Source: Auanema rhodensis (taxonomy: Eukaryota; Animalia; Nematoda). From it: a stretch of 64,000 nucleotides of DNA. The position numbers were made by a program, and so were the translations under genes. The DNA lies in contig OZ059894.1 in assembly GCA_964057225.1 (NCBI GenBank), positions 16,740,001 to 16,804,000 of the forward strand, read 5' to 3'. A model generated the notes under the pieces. That model worked only from the letters and a program-made list of their open reading frames with translations, did not search any database and was not told the origin of the DNA. Shown piece after piece: positions 1-16,000 of this stretch. Position 1 is the first letter of the stretch. Each line of letters starts with the position of its first letter.

Positions 1-1534
1 AGGATGCTTTCTCCATTGAGCATCTAAATGACCAGGAGCGTTGGCATAGAATGGAAGTTGTTTAGGTTTACGAAGAGGATAGCGACCTTCTCCGTAAAAA
101 TCATCAAGATTTAAGCGCTGTAACATAATCCAATTAACTAAAAAGTATTAATGTTAAAAAGTTACATCAAGATCGTCTAATTCATCTTCTTCCTTCAATG
201 GCGTTAAAATAGGAGATGCAACTATTTGAGGTAAGAAATGTCTTGATGGTGACATTTCCACAACGTGGAGACCTGCGAAATAGCAAAAATAATAAAATAA
301 GTTGGGAAAACTTACCTTTTCTTTCAGCAAGTTGCTGATGAGATTCTTGGTTCAGCAATCCTGTGATGAATGCATGTGTTAATGCAAGATAGTTTTTGGT
401 GGAACCCTCAACTTTTACATAAATGTCTTTAATGCCAATAACCTGTAAAAGCTTTACAATTATTACTGTCATTTCAAACATTCTTGCCTCGCAAATTTTC
501 ATCAAGCGTGGGTGGCAGGTTAATCCAAAACCTGGAGGTCTTCTTTGGGCAAAAACTCGTGTGTTTCTGCATTCAGCATAGAAATCCTGAACGCGAAATA
601 GGAACGCTTGCAACAAAAACACAAACAAACTTGATAGATAGTTCTGCCTTCATGTAAATCAACGAAAAAAAGTTTTTTCGAGGCCATGTTCATTCCGTTA
701 ATGATAGCTGTTGTGGTTCTATGAATGGGGGCCTAGCAATATGTAAATTTCAATAAAGATTTAAAAGAGGATATAGTACCTTTCCAACTGCAAATCCAGC
801 TAAGCCTTTTCCATTACCTGTTATAACCAATGCTGACATAGTGTGAACTCTTCCAAAAACGTTAGTCATATTGGAGGTTCTTTTAACCTTAAACCCAAAA
901 TACGATTACATCAAATTCTAACAATTGAAGTCACCTCTAAACAGAATGATTCAAAATTTTCAAAGTTGTTTTGTTCAATAGGAGGTGGAGGACCAAGCTT
1001 TTGACCAACAAGTTGTGTTCCACTGAAACCTCTTTCGAGCGGATGTAATTTTTCACGATTACGACGCTTCCCAGTACTTAAAAATATTGATAAAATTGAA
1101 GTAGTAAATTTAAAAAAAATACTCTTTTCTTTCTTCTAATTTAGTTCTGATAACCGAAAGTGCTGATTTAGCTTCTTCATCAGTTTGTTCCACAACACTG
1201 ACTGGCTCTTCTTCGATAACTCTAAGTGGAGCATTCAATCCTGGATACTGAACTTTCATTGGACCTTAAATCTTTGTTTTTTTACAACGATACAAAAAAT
1301 GAAAACATACTTGAACCAATTCTATAGAAATTCTGAAGAGGTCGAACTTGTTGTCTGGTATTTCTTCTACCTTTTTTCTGTCCAGACTTAGAAACACTAG
1401 TTAAAGTTTTCCATAATTCCTGCTGATTCCCTAAGAAGACCATACAAAACTCTAATCTAGAAACTGAACTAACTTCTCATGAAAAAATTTACAGAATTAG
1501 CTCTGATTTGAGTGAATGGTATCAAGGAAGCCAT
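1..1534 (-). CDS. mrps-5: Mitochondrial small-subunit ribosomal protein uS5m, multi-exon; 3' end runs off the window
   Basis: The spliced N-terminus MASLIPFTQIRANSVNFFMRRNQQELWKTLTSVSKSGQKKGRR resembles C. elegans MRPS-5. It carries S5 motifs (VKRTSNM, GLTCHPRL, GIKDIYVKVEGS) and GT-AG introns of about 43-50 nt. Confidence 0.93.
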
Positions 1535-1552
1535 TTTACATAGGTTTCAACA

Positions 1553-1560
1553 CTAAATAA
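1553..1560 (-). promoter_or_regulatory. Putative trans-splice acceptor (TTATTTAG) for mrps-5
   Basis: Acceptor-like site 18 nt upstream of the ATG, about 95 nt downstream of an ATTAAA (1647-1652) in the sel-1 3' region, with a U-rich spacer between. Confidence 0.55.
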
Positions 1561-1897
1561 AAATAAAATTTACAACAAAATCATACTATTTCAAGATATA
1601 AAAAAGTGTAAAACTCTTTTTGAAAATTGAAAAAAATACAAGATTTTTTAATAAATTACAATATTACAATAGTAATAATAATAATAATAATAATAACCCA
1701 TAAATTGCGGCGAAAACAATACATCACAACAATACCTACAAATTTTGTTCGCGGACGTGTTATTAAATATATAAATTAGTGATGAACACAGTTCAGGCAT
1801 AAAAAAGAAGCATTAGTTGGTGATAAAACCCGAGAATTTAAGAGAGGAATATCACAGTGAAAAATGAATAGAATTGCTAATTAAATCTGATATTAAG

Positions 1898-4670
<2,773 letters not shown>

Positions 4671-7065
4671 TATTATATACCTAAAAGTATAAAGTTGTTT
4701 CAATAAGCATAATTAACATAAAGTAACAAGCTGGAACACGTAAAATAAGCCTTTTGGCGTTTAATTGAAAATATCCGTTGGACAATTAACTTTGCGTACA
4801 ATTGTGCAAAATTCTCTATAAATATGTGGACAACAACTTTACTATTATAAAAATATTATATATATTTACATAATTGTGTCTCAAATAAGAAAAATTGAAA
4901 AAAATCGTAGAATATTTTACCATTCTTGCCTTTAAAGGACGAGGAAGAAATCATTATTATAAATTTGTATTAAATTAATTTATTAAAAAATTCAATGTTT
5001 ATATCGTATTCACAAATAAAATATATTATTAATTATAATAGGATCGAAAACGTTACTTTTCACCTGATTAACATTATAACGTAAACAGTAATAAGAACTA
5101 GAATAGTACATTTATTAAACAACTTTAAGCCTGAATTGTTTTGATTGCTCGTTTCGGGGTTAACTATAAATTTTGATTTGTGTTGGCCAATACAATCTTA
5201 CTCAGCACTAAGAGATAAGAGGTTAAAACAGAAAGATTTTTGTCTTGTAAAATATATGTTTTATTAGTGACCGTTTGAAAACAATAGTTTTAGATTAGAA
5301 AATAGGTTGGAATATAAACCTTGATGAAACAGGAGTCAGAGGAAAATTAGAAACATAATGTTTATAACACAAACGAAATGAATGGGTATCTGATAAAATA
5401 GTAATACACAATCTCACTTACAAAATGATTTGTTTAGTTCCGTAAAAATATATTTAAATTTATCAAATTGAATGATTTCTCTTCTGTCGAATTCACTTCC
5501 CGTTGTATAATTAGCAGCTGTTTAGTGACACCATAACTGCTATATTCAGATACAGTGGCCAAGACGAGAATCAGCTTTCCTTAATCTATTTGTATGTGCA
5601 TGCTCATCACTCAACGCTATTCAAATATACAGTGACCACCATCCTATCCAGCAATATACATTATGATGTTCTGAAGAAGCAGATGTCCATCTGTCCTGAC
5701 CATTCGGGGCACATGGCGGCCATTATCGATTTTTCGGCAAGTGCGTAGCACACCCATATTTGGCCAACAATATACCGCTTTTCTCACCTCGGTTATAATT
5801 TTTATTACAGAAATTATAGTCTGTAAATCATCCACACTAATTTAGAACTATATTCTCTATATTTCTTATTTTTTTTCGCGAAATTTAAAGTTACATTTAG
5901 ATGTTATATTTGGTTTACGCATGTGACCTCTTCGGATTATGACATTTGCCTTTTATCATTGTTCTCTCGTATGATTTAAAAAAACTTTATTCCCTATTTT
6001 GAAATTGTTAACATTCCAATGTTTCATACCTAAAATACCATAGAAAGAGAAATAGAAATTTTAAAAAGAAGAATGCTATTTCTGGCTTGCCGTTTGATTT
6101 CCTTATTAGTATATTGTATTGATGTTAGATCAAGATAATCAGCATATTTATTGATATATTCAAGGCCTTTCACAAAATATAGATCAAACAAGAAGCTTGT
6201 ACTAAAAAAACCCATGAATAGCCATGAATTTTCAAATATGTCATAGTCTCTCCTAAAATCCATAAGAGAGCTTGTTGTACTTTTTTGTCTGGCTAGGAAG
6301 CCGATGAAGCTGGAGAAGCACCTTCTGGTTTAATGTTTATTTCTTGCTGTTCTATCATCGGAACCTCTCCCTCTGGACGTTTAGATCAATTTGTTTCCTT
6401 TCAAGAATACTTGCAAAGGCTTGAAGTGGAAAGAAAATCAAAGCTGTCAGATCTCTGTTAGCAATGTGAGTGCCTTCCGCCACTAGCCACGTCGTCCCTC
6501 CGTTTTCGTGAACTAGCAAACGAGATAACCCCAATATTAAGTTTTATTTGCACTTATTTCATATAAGAACTCGTGATATTTTCCTTCTCAACATCAAAAA
6601 TGTAACTATCTGTCGGTTTTCTAAATCAATTTCTCAATCAAATTTTTTTCTATTAGTTCTTTATTTCTATTCATTTATCTCATTTGTAGTGAAACATGCT
6701 TAAGCTATGACGTCGATACAGCTTCTTTGTTTACTCTGTTTCCAATCCTACCAGACGTATAAACTACTGTTCAAATTTTCTTTTAGAAAAATACGTCTGA
6801 TTATATATATTAGACTTCAAATACATATCATTTTAAAATTCAAAAAGTACCTTAAATTATGTTTTTTTTTCGACCAAAATTTTAATATTTAATCCTTCTG
6901 TCAATGTTTTCAATGTACAGTTTTTCATCGATTTTTTTCATTTTTTTTATTTCAGCCATCAATGCTATATGTTGTTTTAATTTCTTTTTTTCTTTCTGAT
7001 TCCATCTCTAGTTTTTAAATCAATTTATGTCCTTTTAGTTATGATTCCTCGAGAAAGCCGGTAGT

Positions 7066-10000
7066 ATGTCATATTTTTTGCGCGAGATTGTATCTCGTGA
7101 TATCTTGGATAATTCTCCAAACAAAGTACATTCCCGTCCAGTGTCAAAAATTTCTGAAGAATATGCTGAACTTCTTAAATCTTTTCATAATGTACCTTCA
7201 CAAGCTGAATGGTTTCATTTACCAGCTCACAAGGAAACACCTCCTAAGATTAACCGTAAGCTATACTGTTATTTATTCTTCAAACTGTTTTTTATATGAA
7301 ATAGCTGTTCTAATTTTACGAGAATACAGTTTAATCAGGAATACAGTTACATAAAATATTTAAACAAACATAAAGAATAAAAAAAATCAAAATAAATGAG
7401 AATGGAATGCATTTTTCTCAAAACCTTTTGAAATTAAAATTGAATATATTATATATGGCTATTAAAAAATCAATATAATAAAAAAATATTCAGAAAAAAT
7501 GAAAAATTCTTTATTCTACTATCCGTAAATATTTTAAAATTATAGTTGCTACACGGTACCCCTCTGTTTGTCGTGAGGTTACCGATGCTCAATTTGTAGT
7601 TGGTTTACCATCTTCATTTGCTACAGTTGCTATAGCCAAATATTTACTAGAAAAGTAAGATTTTGTTATTGTAAAAGGAATAAAATATAAATTAAAAACT
7701 ATTTATAGATATGGACGTCTGTTACATCAAGATGAAGAATCTGAAGAAGGACCATACTTAGTACCGAATGTAGATAAAGACGTAGCTAAAGTAATACTTT
7801 GGTTTATTAGGCTTTTTATTTAATTTTTTTCAATGTTTAGTTAGATCCACTCTCACATATTGGAATATCCAGCATTTTTGATATTTTATTACAACTTAGT
7901 CGTCGTGATCCTGAATTATGCAATCAAGCTTTAGGCTCTCTTTTTTCATTACTACAGGTAGATAATTATAATTTCTAAACTGTTTTCTGTCAACCTATTT
8001 AAAACAAATACAAACTTTAGAATATGCCTGTCGATAGTTTGAGGCATGAACCACAGGGTACTGTATCATCCATGATAAATGTTTTGAAACAACTTCGAGA
8101 AGAAGGTAAGACCAAAGATATTTCTTTAGAGCAAGAAATAAATGAAGTTTAAATAAACAAATTACATTTTGTTGCAGGTTCTAATCAAGTTTGTACTCGA
8201 GCATCAGCAAGTTTAACAGCTTTAGCAGTAGCATCTGGACAACCATCTCATATAATAGCAGCTATAGAAGCTTTGATAACGGGTAAACAGAAAGAACCAC
8301 TGGTAAATTACTTCATATACAAGTTTAATGTCAATTTATTTTTCATTTTCAAGAGTTGCGATTCTAATTATGATATGATTCAAATACCTGAGAATCTACA
8401 TAAATTCGCTCTCAAAGTCCAACAAAAAATTTATTCTAACCAAGAAACTAGGTAGAACTTCTATTTGTAACTTTAAATATGCTAAATATGTTCATTAAAG
8501 TAATCAAAATCCATCCTGGAGTGCTAAATCTTTGGACGATCATCGAATGCTTTGTGCATTTGATATTCCCCAGATGCCACTAGACTCTCCAACTGATACC
8601 CCAGATGAAGATATGAGATTACATGGATCTTTAGCTTCTGATGGTATAATCATATGAAAAAAAAGAAGATTTATTTACAAACCATATTCAGGACGATATC
8701 TGTATGTTCTCAACTATATAGGACTATATAAACTTGGTACTGGAATGAATGAGACCATATTAGGAAAGCTGTATGCTGCAAATAGTTCATTCAGAGCAAC
8801 GTGAGTTGACTGATTTTTCAACCTTTTCATGTAATATAATGAAATATGTTATATTTTAGAAAGAATTGTATGTTAACATTCTGTAATAGCTCGTTATATC
8901 TTCGTAGAGGACAATCATCATGTATATCAGTTTTAGATACCGACTCTTTACGAGATATAGGAGAAGTAATATAATATTGAAATTAATATCGTATTTATAT
9001 ATAATTTTCAGATTATGTTACCTACAGCTGTTATGCAATCAGCTATATTTTCAGATGGTAGCTATTTCTACAGTACTACAATCAATCAACAATCTACGAT
9101 TACGGTAATAATGCTAATTTGATATTTATATTATAATAAGAAAATTGTTTACAGCTCATTCCTTTAAATGATAGTTTTGTACCATCTTCGGAGAGTAAAG
9201 CAAGGAAGAAATATAGATTGACGGATGTATCATACCATTGCCTAGGAGAAACGAAACCCATACCTCACGAGCTTCCACTAAATTTACCAAATTCTTTACA
9301 TGGTAATTTGATTAATATCCAATAACTTTTATGTTATTCTTTTAATTTTTAGGTCAAGCTGTTGATTTACATTTGGGAAACGATATAGCATTCGTCCAAT
9401 CACGTGCTGGAAAAGTATTTTATGCTGGAAATGGCTCGAAATTTGGTCTACAAGAAACTGGAAATATCTGGATGGAATTAGTATTACCAGAGCCCGTAGT
9501 ACAGATGTCTGTTGGAACGGAACGAATGCTGTTTCGATCCGGAAGTGGTCACATATGGTCTGCTGGTGTTGATGATCGTCGAAAATCAGGCAAACTCAAG
9601 CGACTTCCAACTGTCAATCGTAGAAAAGCTATTTCCATCTCAAGCTCTTCAGCTACATTTGCTTATGTCACTGAAAATGGAAGAGTATTCATGGGCGGAA
9701 AACACAATATGAGGACCCATGCAGAAACTGGCCAAGTCTTAGGCTTAGAAGGAATTCATATGGTTACTGTAGGGTTAGGAAAAACTCATGCAGTTGCTAT
9801 AAGTCGTCATGGTCACATCTACACATGGGGTTTGAATAATCTCAATCAGTGTGGCAGAGTTGAGGTAAAATTCCATTTGTTGTTAGTTCTTTGTAAATTT
9901 GATGTATTTAGCCTTTGCCAGCAGCTTCACCCAATAAAGAACAGAATAAAGATCAGAATATAACAGAATGTGTTCAACATTATTTTATGGTTGTAAGTTT

Positions 10001-13000
10001 TTTTTTGAACAATTAATATTATGTTAAATAGAAATTTGAGTATTATTATAAATATTTACAGGATGTTCCATCTATTTGTAATCGATGTGGTAACTGTTCA
10101 GCACGTGGTCCAGCATGCAGTTCTACATCTGGTAAAGGAGGTGAATTCATAAAAGCTCAATACATATAATAGAAATTACAAATTACAAAAAAAGAAAAGA
10201 ATCAAAATAGTTCAGAGATAATATTCATTGAAGTAATCGATTGAAAGATTATAAAATTTTATTTCGTATTATAATGAGAAATCAATTTTAGCTCATTACT
10301 GTAGCTACAGTAACCCAAATTTTAAAATTAAATTAAAAACAGTTTAACGTAACCTTATATGATGAAAACTAATTAGCATATTAAATTGTATTTATTCTAA
10401 TTATATGTTGCTCATTACCTGTATTTTTATTTGGATAGTAACCGAAAAGCGGTTGTTCTCATTCAATTTTAGCGAAGTTTGAAAAATTATTTTATTTTAA
10501 TCTTTTTCAGAACCATGTTCGTGCGGAACTGGAGAAACAGCTTGCTTGAGATGTGGAAATTGCCGTTCTTGTACAGAGATGACAAATGAATCTACATCTT
10601 CTGCAGAAAATGTAGGACCATCTCGGACATTCCTCGAGCCAGCTCGATTAGTTTTACTGAAAGGGAGTCACGATGTGAAGGTATCTTTCTTTATCTTTCA
10701 ACATTGACTGCATTTTTGCATTTTAATTAATTTTTTAATTTGTAATGTATAAGCATTTGGATTTTTTTCTTTTCTAGGCAGCATCTGTGAGCTGTGGAAA
10801 TTTCCATACCCTTTTGCTTGCTGCTGATCGACGTGTTTTTGCATTTGGTTCTAATGTTCATGGACAATTAGGAGCAGGAGACACTAAGCCTCGCTCCGAT
10901 CCTGTTCAAGTATGATAATTTCAAAATATTCAACCAAAATTCCTTGCTATTCAGGTGATATTGCCAGCAGAAGTACAGGTCGTTCAAATAGCAGCAGGTG
11001 CAAATCATTCCGTGTTACGAACAAGCTGTGGAGCAGTTTATACATTTGGAGCTCATAAGCATAATCAACTTGGAAGAGAGCCTTCCGAAGATCCTAGATG
11101 GCATTGCATTCCAAACCGAGTTGATGGATTCGGTCCTGGACAAGGTGCATTTGCTTCTTGGGTAGGAGCAACGGGAGATGCTACTCTAATCCACAGCCAT
11201 AAATCATTAATTAACAATGATGACATCATAGATGCTCAGATTGTTAGTACAAAGGTATTAAAATACTTTTTTTTTCAAATTTTACATTTGTTATTTAGAA
11301 TGATTTGTTTATTTTTCCTCGTCATATTGGTATGGACTATATTTCTTTACGCCGAAAACAAGGAACATTTTCCCACTTCCAACTTGGTCCCACCGGCTTG
11401 TATACAAGCTGGTGTTTGGAACCTAGATTTGATGTGTTATGGTCATATAATGCTGCTGAAATGCGAATTCAAGCTCATACATCTCATTTTGCATCACCTA
11501 GTGAAGTAAGCTTTAACTTGATTACAGTTTAATTTACTTCTTTTCCTTTCTTAAATGAACACATCGTGATTTAGCAACATTCAACTGATCCATTAGAAGA
11601 TTTATCTTTTCTCCGATGTCCAGAATTTTCTATACCAAATGAGATTTCAACTTCATATTCATCTACTCAACTAGGAATTAACCTATTATCATATTTATAT
11701 GCTATAACAACAATATATAAAAGTGATTTCTGGTCTGATAAGGTATGTCTATATGTATGAATCTTTATCACATATCAACAATATTTAGCAATTTTTAACA
11801 ACAACAATAGATTCTGATTTATCAACACCAGATGGATACAATATTGTTTCAAGATTTGAAGGAACTGGTGGTGGATGGGGATATTCAGCACATTCAGTGG
11901 AAGCAATACAGTTCATGACAACCAGAGATATAAAACTTCTTGGTATTGGATTGTATGGAGGAAGAGGAGAATACATTTCAAAGTATATTACTGGAATTAA
12001 TTCTTTAAATCTTATTCATGTAATTTTAGAATCAAGATTCTTCGGTTATTGGGAATGGATGCTGATGAAATGTACGTGGAGCATCTAACCGAATCTGATG
12101 AAACTATTTATGAGTGCTCGCCAAGAGAAACTGCTGCTCTTATGTTATCTCAGCCAGTTTTAATCAAAGCTGATCAATGGCATGTAATAAGTGCTAAAAT
12201 AAGGTTAATTGTTAAACTAATATGCTTTGTAACAAATTTTATTCTACAGTGGACCATCATCTGATTGTGGAGCTGCCGGAAAAGCTATGGTTGAATGTGA
12301 AGACGTTATATTTCAATTTCGAAATTCGATGATATCAAACAATGGAACTGATACTAATGTTGGACAAATTCCCGAACTATATTATCAGGTATTTTAACTG
12401 TCAAAATATTTTATTTTGAAATTGAGCAATTTAGGTGGATGCCCAAAGTAGTGTAGGCAAGAGTAATGAGCAGAATACTCCTGATGAGTTAACACTGTCA
12501 AAGATCTTTACATCTCAATCTCTTGAAAGTGTTACTCCTCAGTTGTTTTCTAATCTTATTTCTATTTTGGAATGGTCTCTACAACACGTATTTAATCAGA
12601 ATGGAGATAATGATGAAAAAGTATGGGAAGCTGAACGATCATCAGTAGTTTCTTTAATGATATTACGATTGCTGAGTTATTTTTGGCAATTCGTTTATGT
12701 TGTTAATAGCAAATCTGAGCCTATATGGGATTATGCTGCAGCTATGACTGATTTACACGATTGTTTATTAAAACTATTCCAAACAGCAAGTAATGTATTG
12801 ATAGATGAGGTAATAATATATAATTTATCCAAGTTATTTAAAAATATATCCTTTTAGACATATTATCATCGACTCATATTGAGTGAAGCTATTCGTCTTT
12901 TCCATTCTTTATCTCATGTATTTATGTCAACTCGTAACTTAGTGGCTTGTCATTTAGCTGATATCATGTCTGGTCCAGTAGGTGATGTATACAGTGCTGC

Positions 13001-16000
13001 TGTATTAGGTTGTATAGAAAAGAAGAAAGATGTAAGTATTTAGACACATTTATCAATGATAAACAATATTTCAATCAGATTATCAATTTGCTTCTACATC
13101 AAACACAAGAAGAATCTTATCCCAAATTAGCAGCTCACCTAGAAGCTAAGTTCAATCTGGATATGAAAGATGTTAATATTTTGACATCTTTCTCTAATGT
13201 TCTTCGATTTCTATATGATCAATCATTTTTATCGTCATCGGTTAATTGATTCTATTATTTAATCTTATTATTAATTTGAATATTTTAGTTTTCATACGGA
13301 AATGGAAAATATGATGTAGCGGCGATGGCACAGAATATTCTGATTCATCTTTCAGAGCAACTTGTAATACCTACAACTCATATTGCACTTGGTCCAACTG
13401 TGCATCATACACCATCTAGGTTTTGACTCTTCATCTATTTTATTTGATCAATGATTTATCTTTTCTCAGATTCCGTCGTCGTTCATCAGTTGCAGCATGG
13501 AATATGTGCACAAGTGCTCCTGATGCGATTCTTTTCCGTCTCGAATCTCAACACGATCTGATGTTACATGGCGTCGCTGTTTACATATCACCTGAAGTTG
13601 AATCTTCTAAAGTAGCTTGGAACTGCGAGGTATTACCAAAGTTTTAACAAAGCTTATTTGTTATTTCTTTCAGGTATATCAAATGCAACGATCAGAATGC
13701 ACTAAACTAGTCACCGTATCAAACATCACTACTGAGAATGCTGGATCTCAAGATATTGGAATATTGAGATTACCATTTCCTGTTCGAATAAAGCCAGAAG
13801 AAACTTGTGGTGTTAAAGTTTGGACATGTGAAAGTTCAGTTCGAACATTTTGCGGAGAAGGTAGAATAACATTTCAAAAGTTTATTTGAAACATTTGAAT
13901 ATTTTAGCTGGATTATCTCATATACGATTAGAACATGGTGGTCGAATTCATTTCAATACTAGTTCTTTATCTGAGAATGGAACAACTCTCCAACGTGGTC
14001 AAATACCTTATTTACTGTATTCATTAAAAGAAAAAGAATCAGTTGATCAGGATATGGATCGTGAAGAAACACATAAAGCATTCTTCCTTCTTCTTCGTTT
14101 ACTGTCTAATTCAATTGGAGCCAGTTTATCAAACGGAGTATTATCGTCGTGTAGCAGGTAATATACCAAAATGTTTTTGATTTTTTTCATTATTTTCCAT
14201 ATTTAAGGACACTTATGACACGAATATCCGGTCATATAATGGTATTCATGGAACGTCATCCGGAAAAAGCAATGGAGATCATGTCTATCTTGGAACAATT
14301 AATGCCTATGGTGTCTAGTTTGAACGGTGCCATGAAAGCAAGCACAATCAGTGAATCGTTTGATCGAGAATCTGAAGTATGTGAAGCGAAAACAAGCCAG
14401 ATTGTTGTTGAGAGTCCACATCCGTATAAGCCTAACTCTGTGCATTCCGTGGTCGTTGGTTTTGAGAATGTTGTCGACTTCATGTGTGTACAGTTTTCAT
14501 CAACTTGTCAAACAGCACAAATGGATGACACTTTATGGATGTATGTAGCTATTCGTAAAGATTGCTACATCCCTGTTGGAAGGTTTGCCATTGATTACAA
14601 AGATTAATCTAAATAAACTTGGAAAGTTTAGATATTTTGGTTCGAGAGATTGGCCTAAAACTCCTATCATGCTACCTGGAAATTCTCTATGGTTTGTGTT
14701 AGAAACACAATCTCAAGTAGAAGGTCTTCCTGTTGAACAAGTATGTTTGAAGATTACTTTATTGATATTCATCTGACAATATCTTAAGATGTATGGATTT
14801 CATTGTACCGTAACAGGCTATCCAACACCTTCTCGAGAGAGTGGTCTCATTGTGGAACAAGAGCTAGCATGGTTGTCAGCTAGTGCTTGTCGAATATTAG
14901 TACAAGTAATATATATAATAATAATTAATTGAAGTACATTGTTATAATTTTAGCTTCCACCTGATCCTAATACAGTGGAAAAAATGCTTATAACTGAGGA
15001 TGATACGCGAATGCTTCTTGAAAAACATGGTAGTTTGCTAAAACGTGGTCTCAGCTTGACTCATCAGCCAACGCTCAATGAAGTTATAACTAAAGGAATA
15101 CCACAACCAGCTCAAACACCCGATATTCTTTTTCTACGAGAATTCGTAACTGCTAGTCCAGCTACAACTTCTGGGCTTTTAGCTCATTGGCTTCCAGCTG
15201 GTCCAGTAGTTGATCCAACCAAATGTCAGCTATCGATCACTCAAACGGAAATGATTGTTGGAAAAACTGTTCCGGTAAATCTTTCTAAGTGATTATCAAA
15301 AATGAAATTATTTTTAAGATTCGTGTCTGCATTAAGGATCAGTTTGATCGTCCTGTGCTTTGTCCCCATTTAGAAATTGAAGTTATTCTACAGACTGGTT
15401 CAAAATCAGTTAATATGAAGTCATTAAATGGCCAGAATAACAACAGTGAACTTACATTAGAAATGCTTATGAAGGTTTTCATGATATTATTTGAATGTAA
15501 CAACTTTAATTTATTTTCAGAATCCGTTTCAGCCCGTGTTAACTCATCGTTCTCGTTTCATGTCTATCTGTGCTATGCCAGTATTTAGTAATTATTCCAA
15601 CGAAGAGATCAGACTTGCATTAGATAAGGAAGTTTCAGTCAAAGATTCTTTGAAATTAAGACATTGGAAAAATTCCACGTATGCATATATTTGATAATGA
15701 TATAGTTAAATAGTAAAATTACAGATTTACGGGTGAATGGGTACCAACAGCAGCTGGAACATACAAAGTTGAATGCAAGATTGATGGATTTGAGTTATCT
15801 CATACGTATACAATTCATGTATTACAACGAGATAATAATGATCAGGAAACTCGTTTAAGAAAGGAACATCGTGTAGCTCAATTGAGCAGGTACGAAGGTT
15901 CATTCAAATAGTTACTTTACTGGTTTTCTATTTTAGAGCTCAGCTTATAATTCTCCCGGCATTGTCTGATTTCCGTGGTGTTCGAATGAGATCAGCAGCA

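Noticed and set aside
4732-4745. TTACGTGT as an XBP-1/UPR element for sel-1
   Set aside because: A single imperfect match, probably inside the outron; too weak to call.
5644-5835. VYCWPNM...RTC resembling a Gypsy integrase zinc-binding motif
   Set aside because: The spacing is wrong, the second Cys and the His residues are missing, and no other retroelement sequence is nearby.
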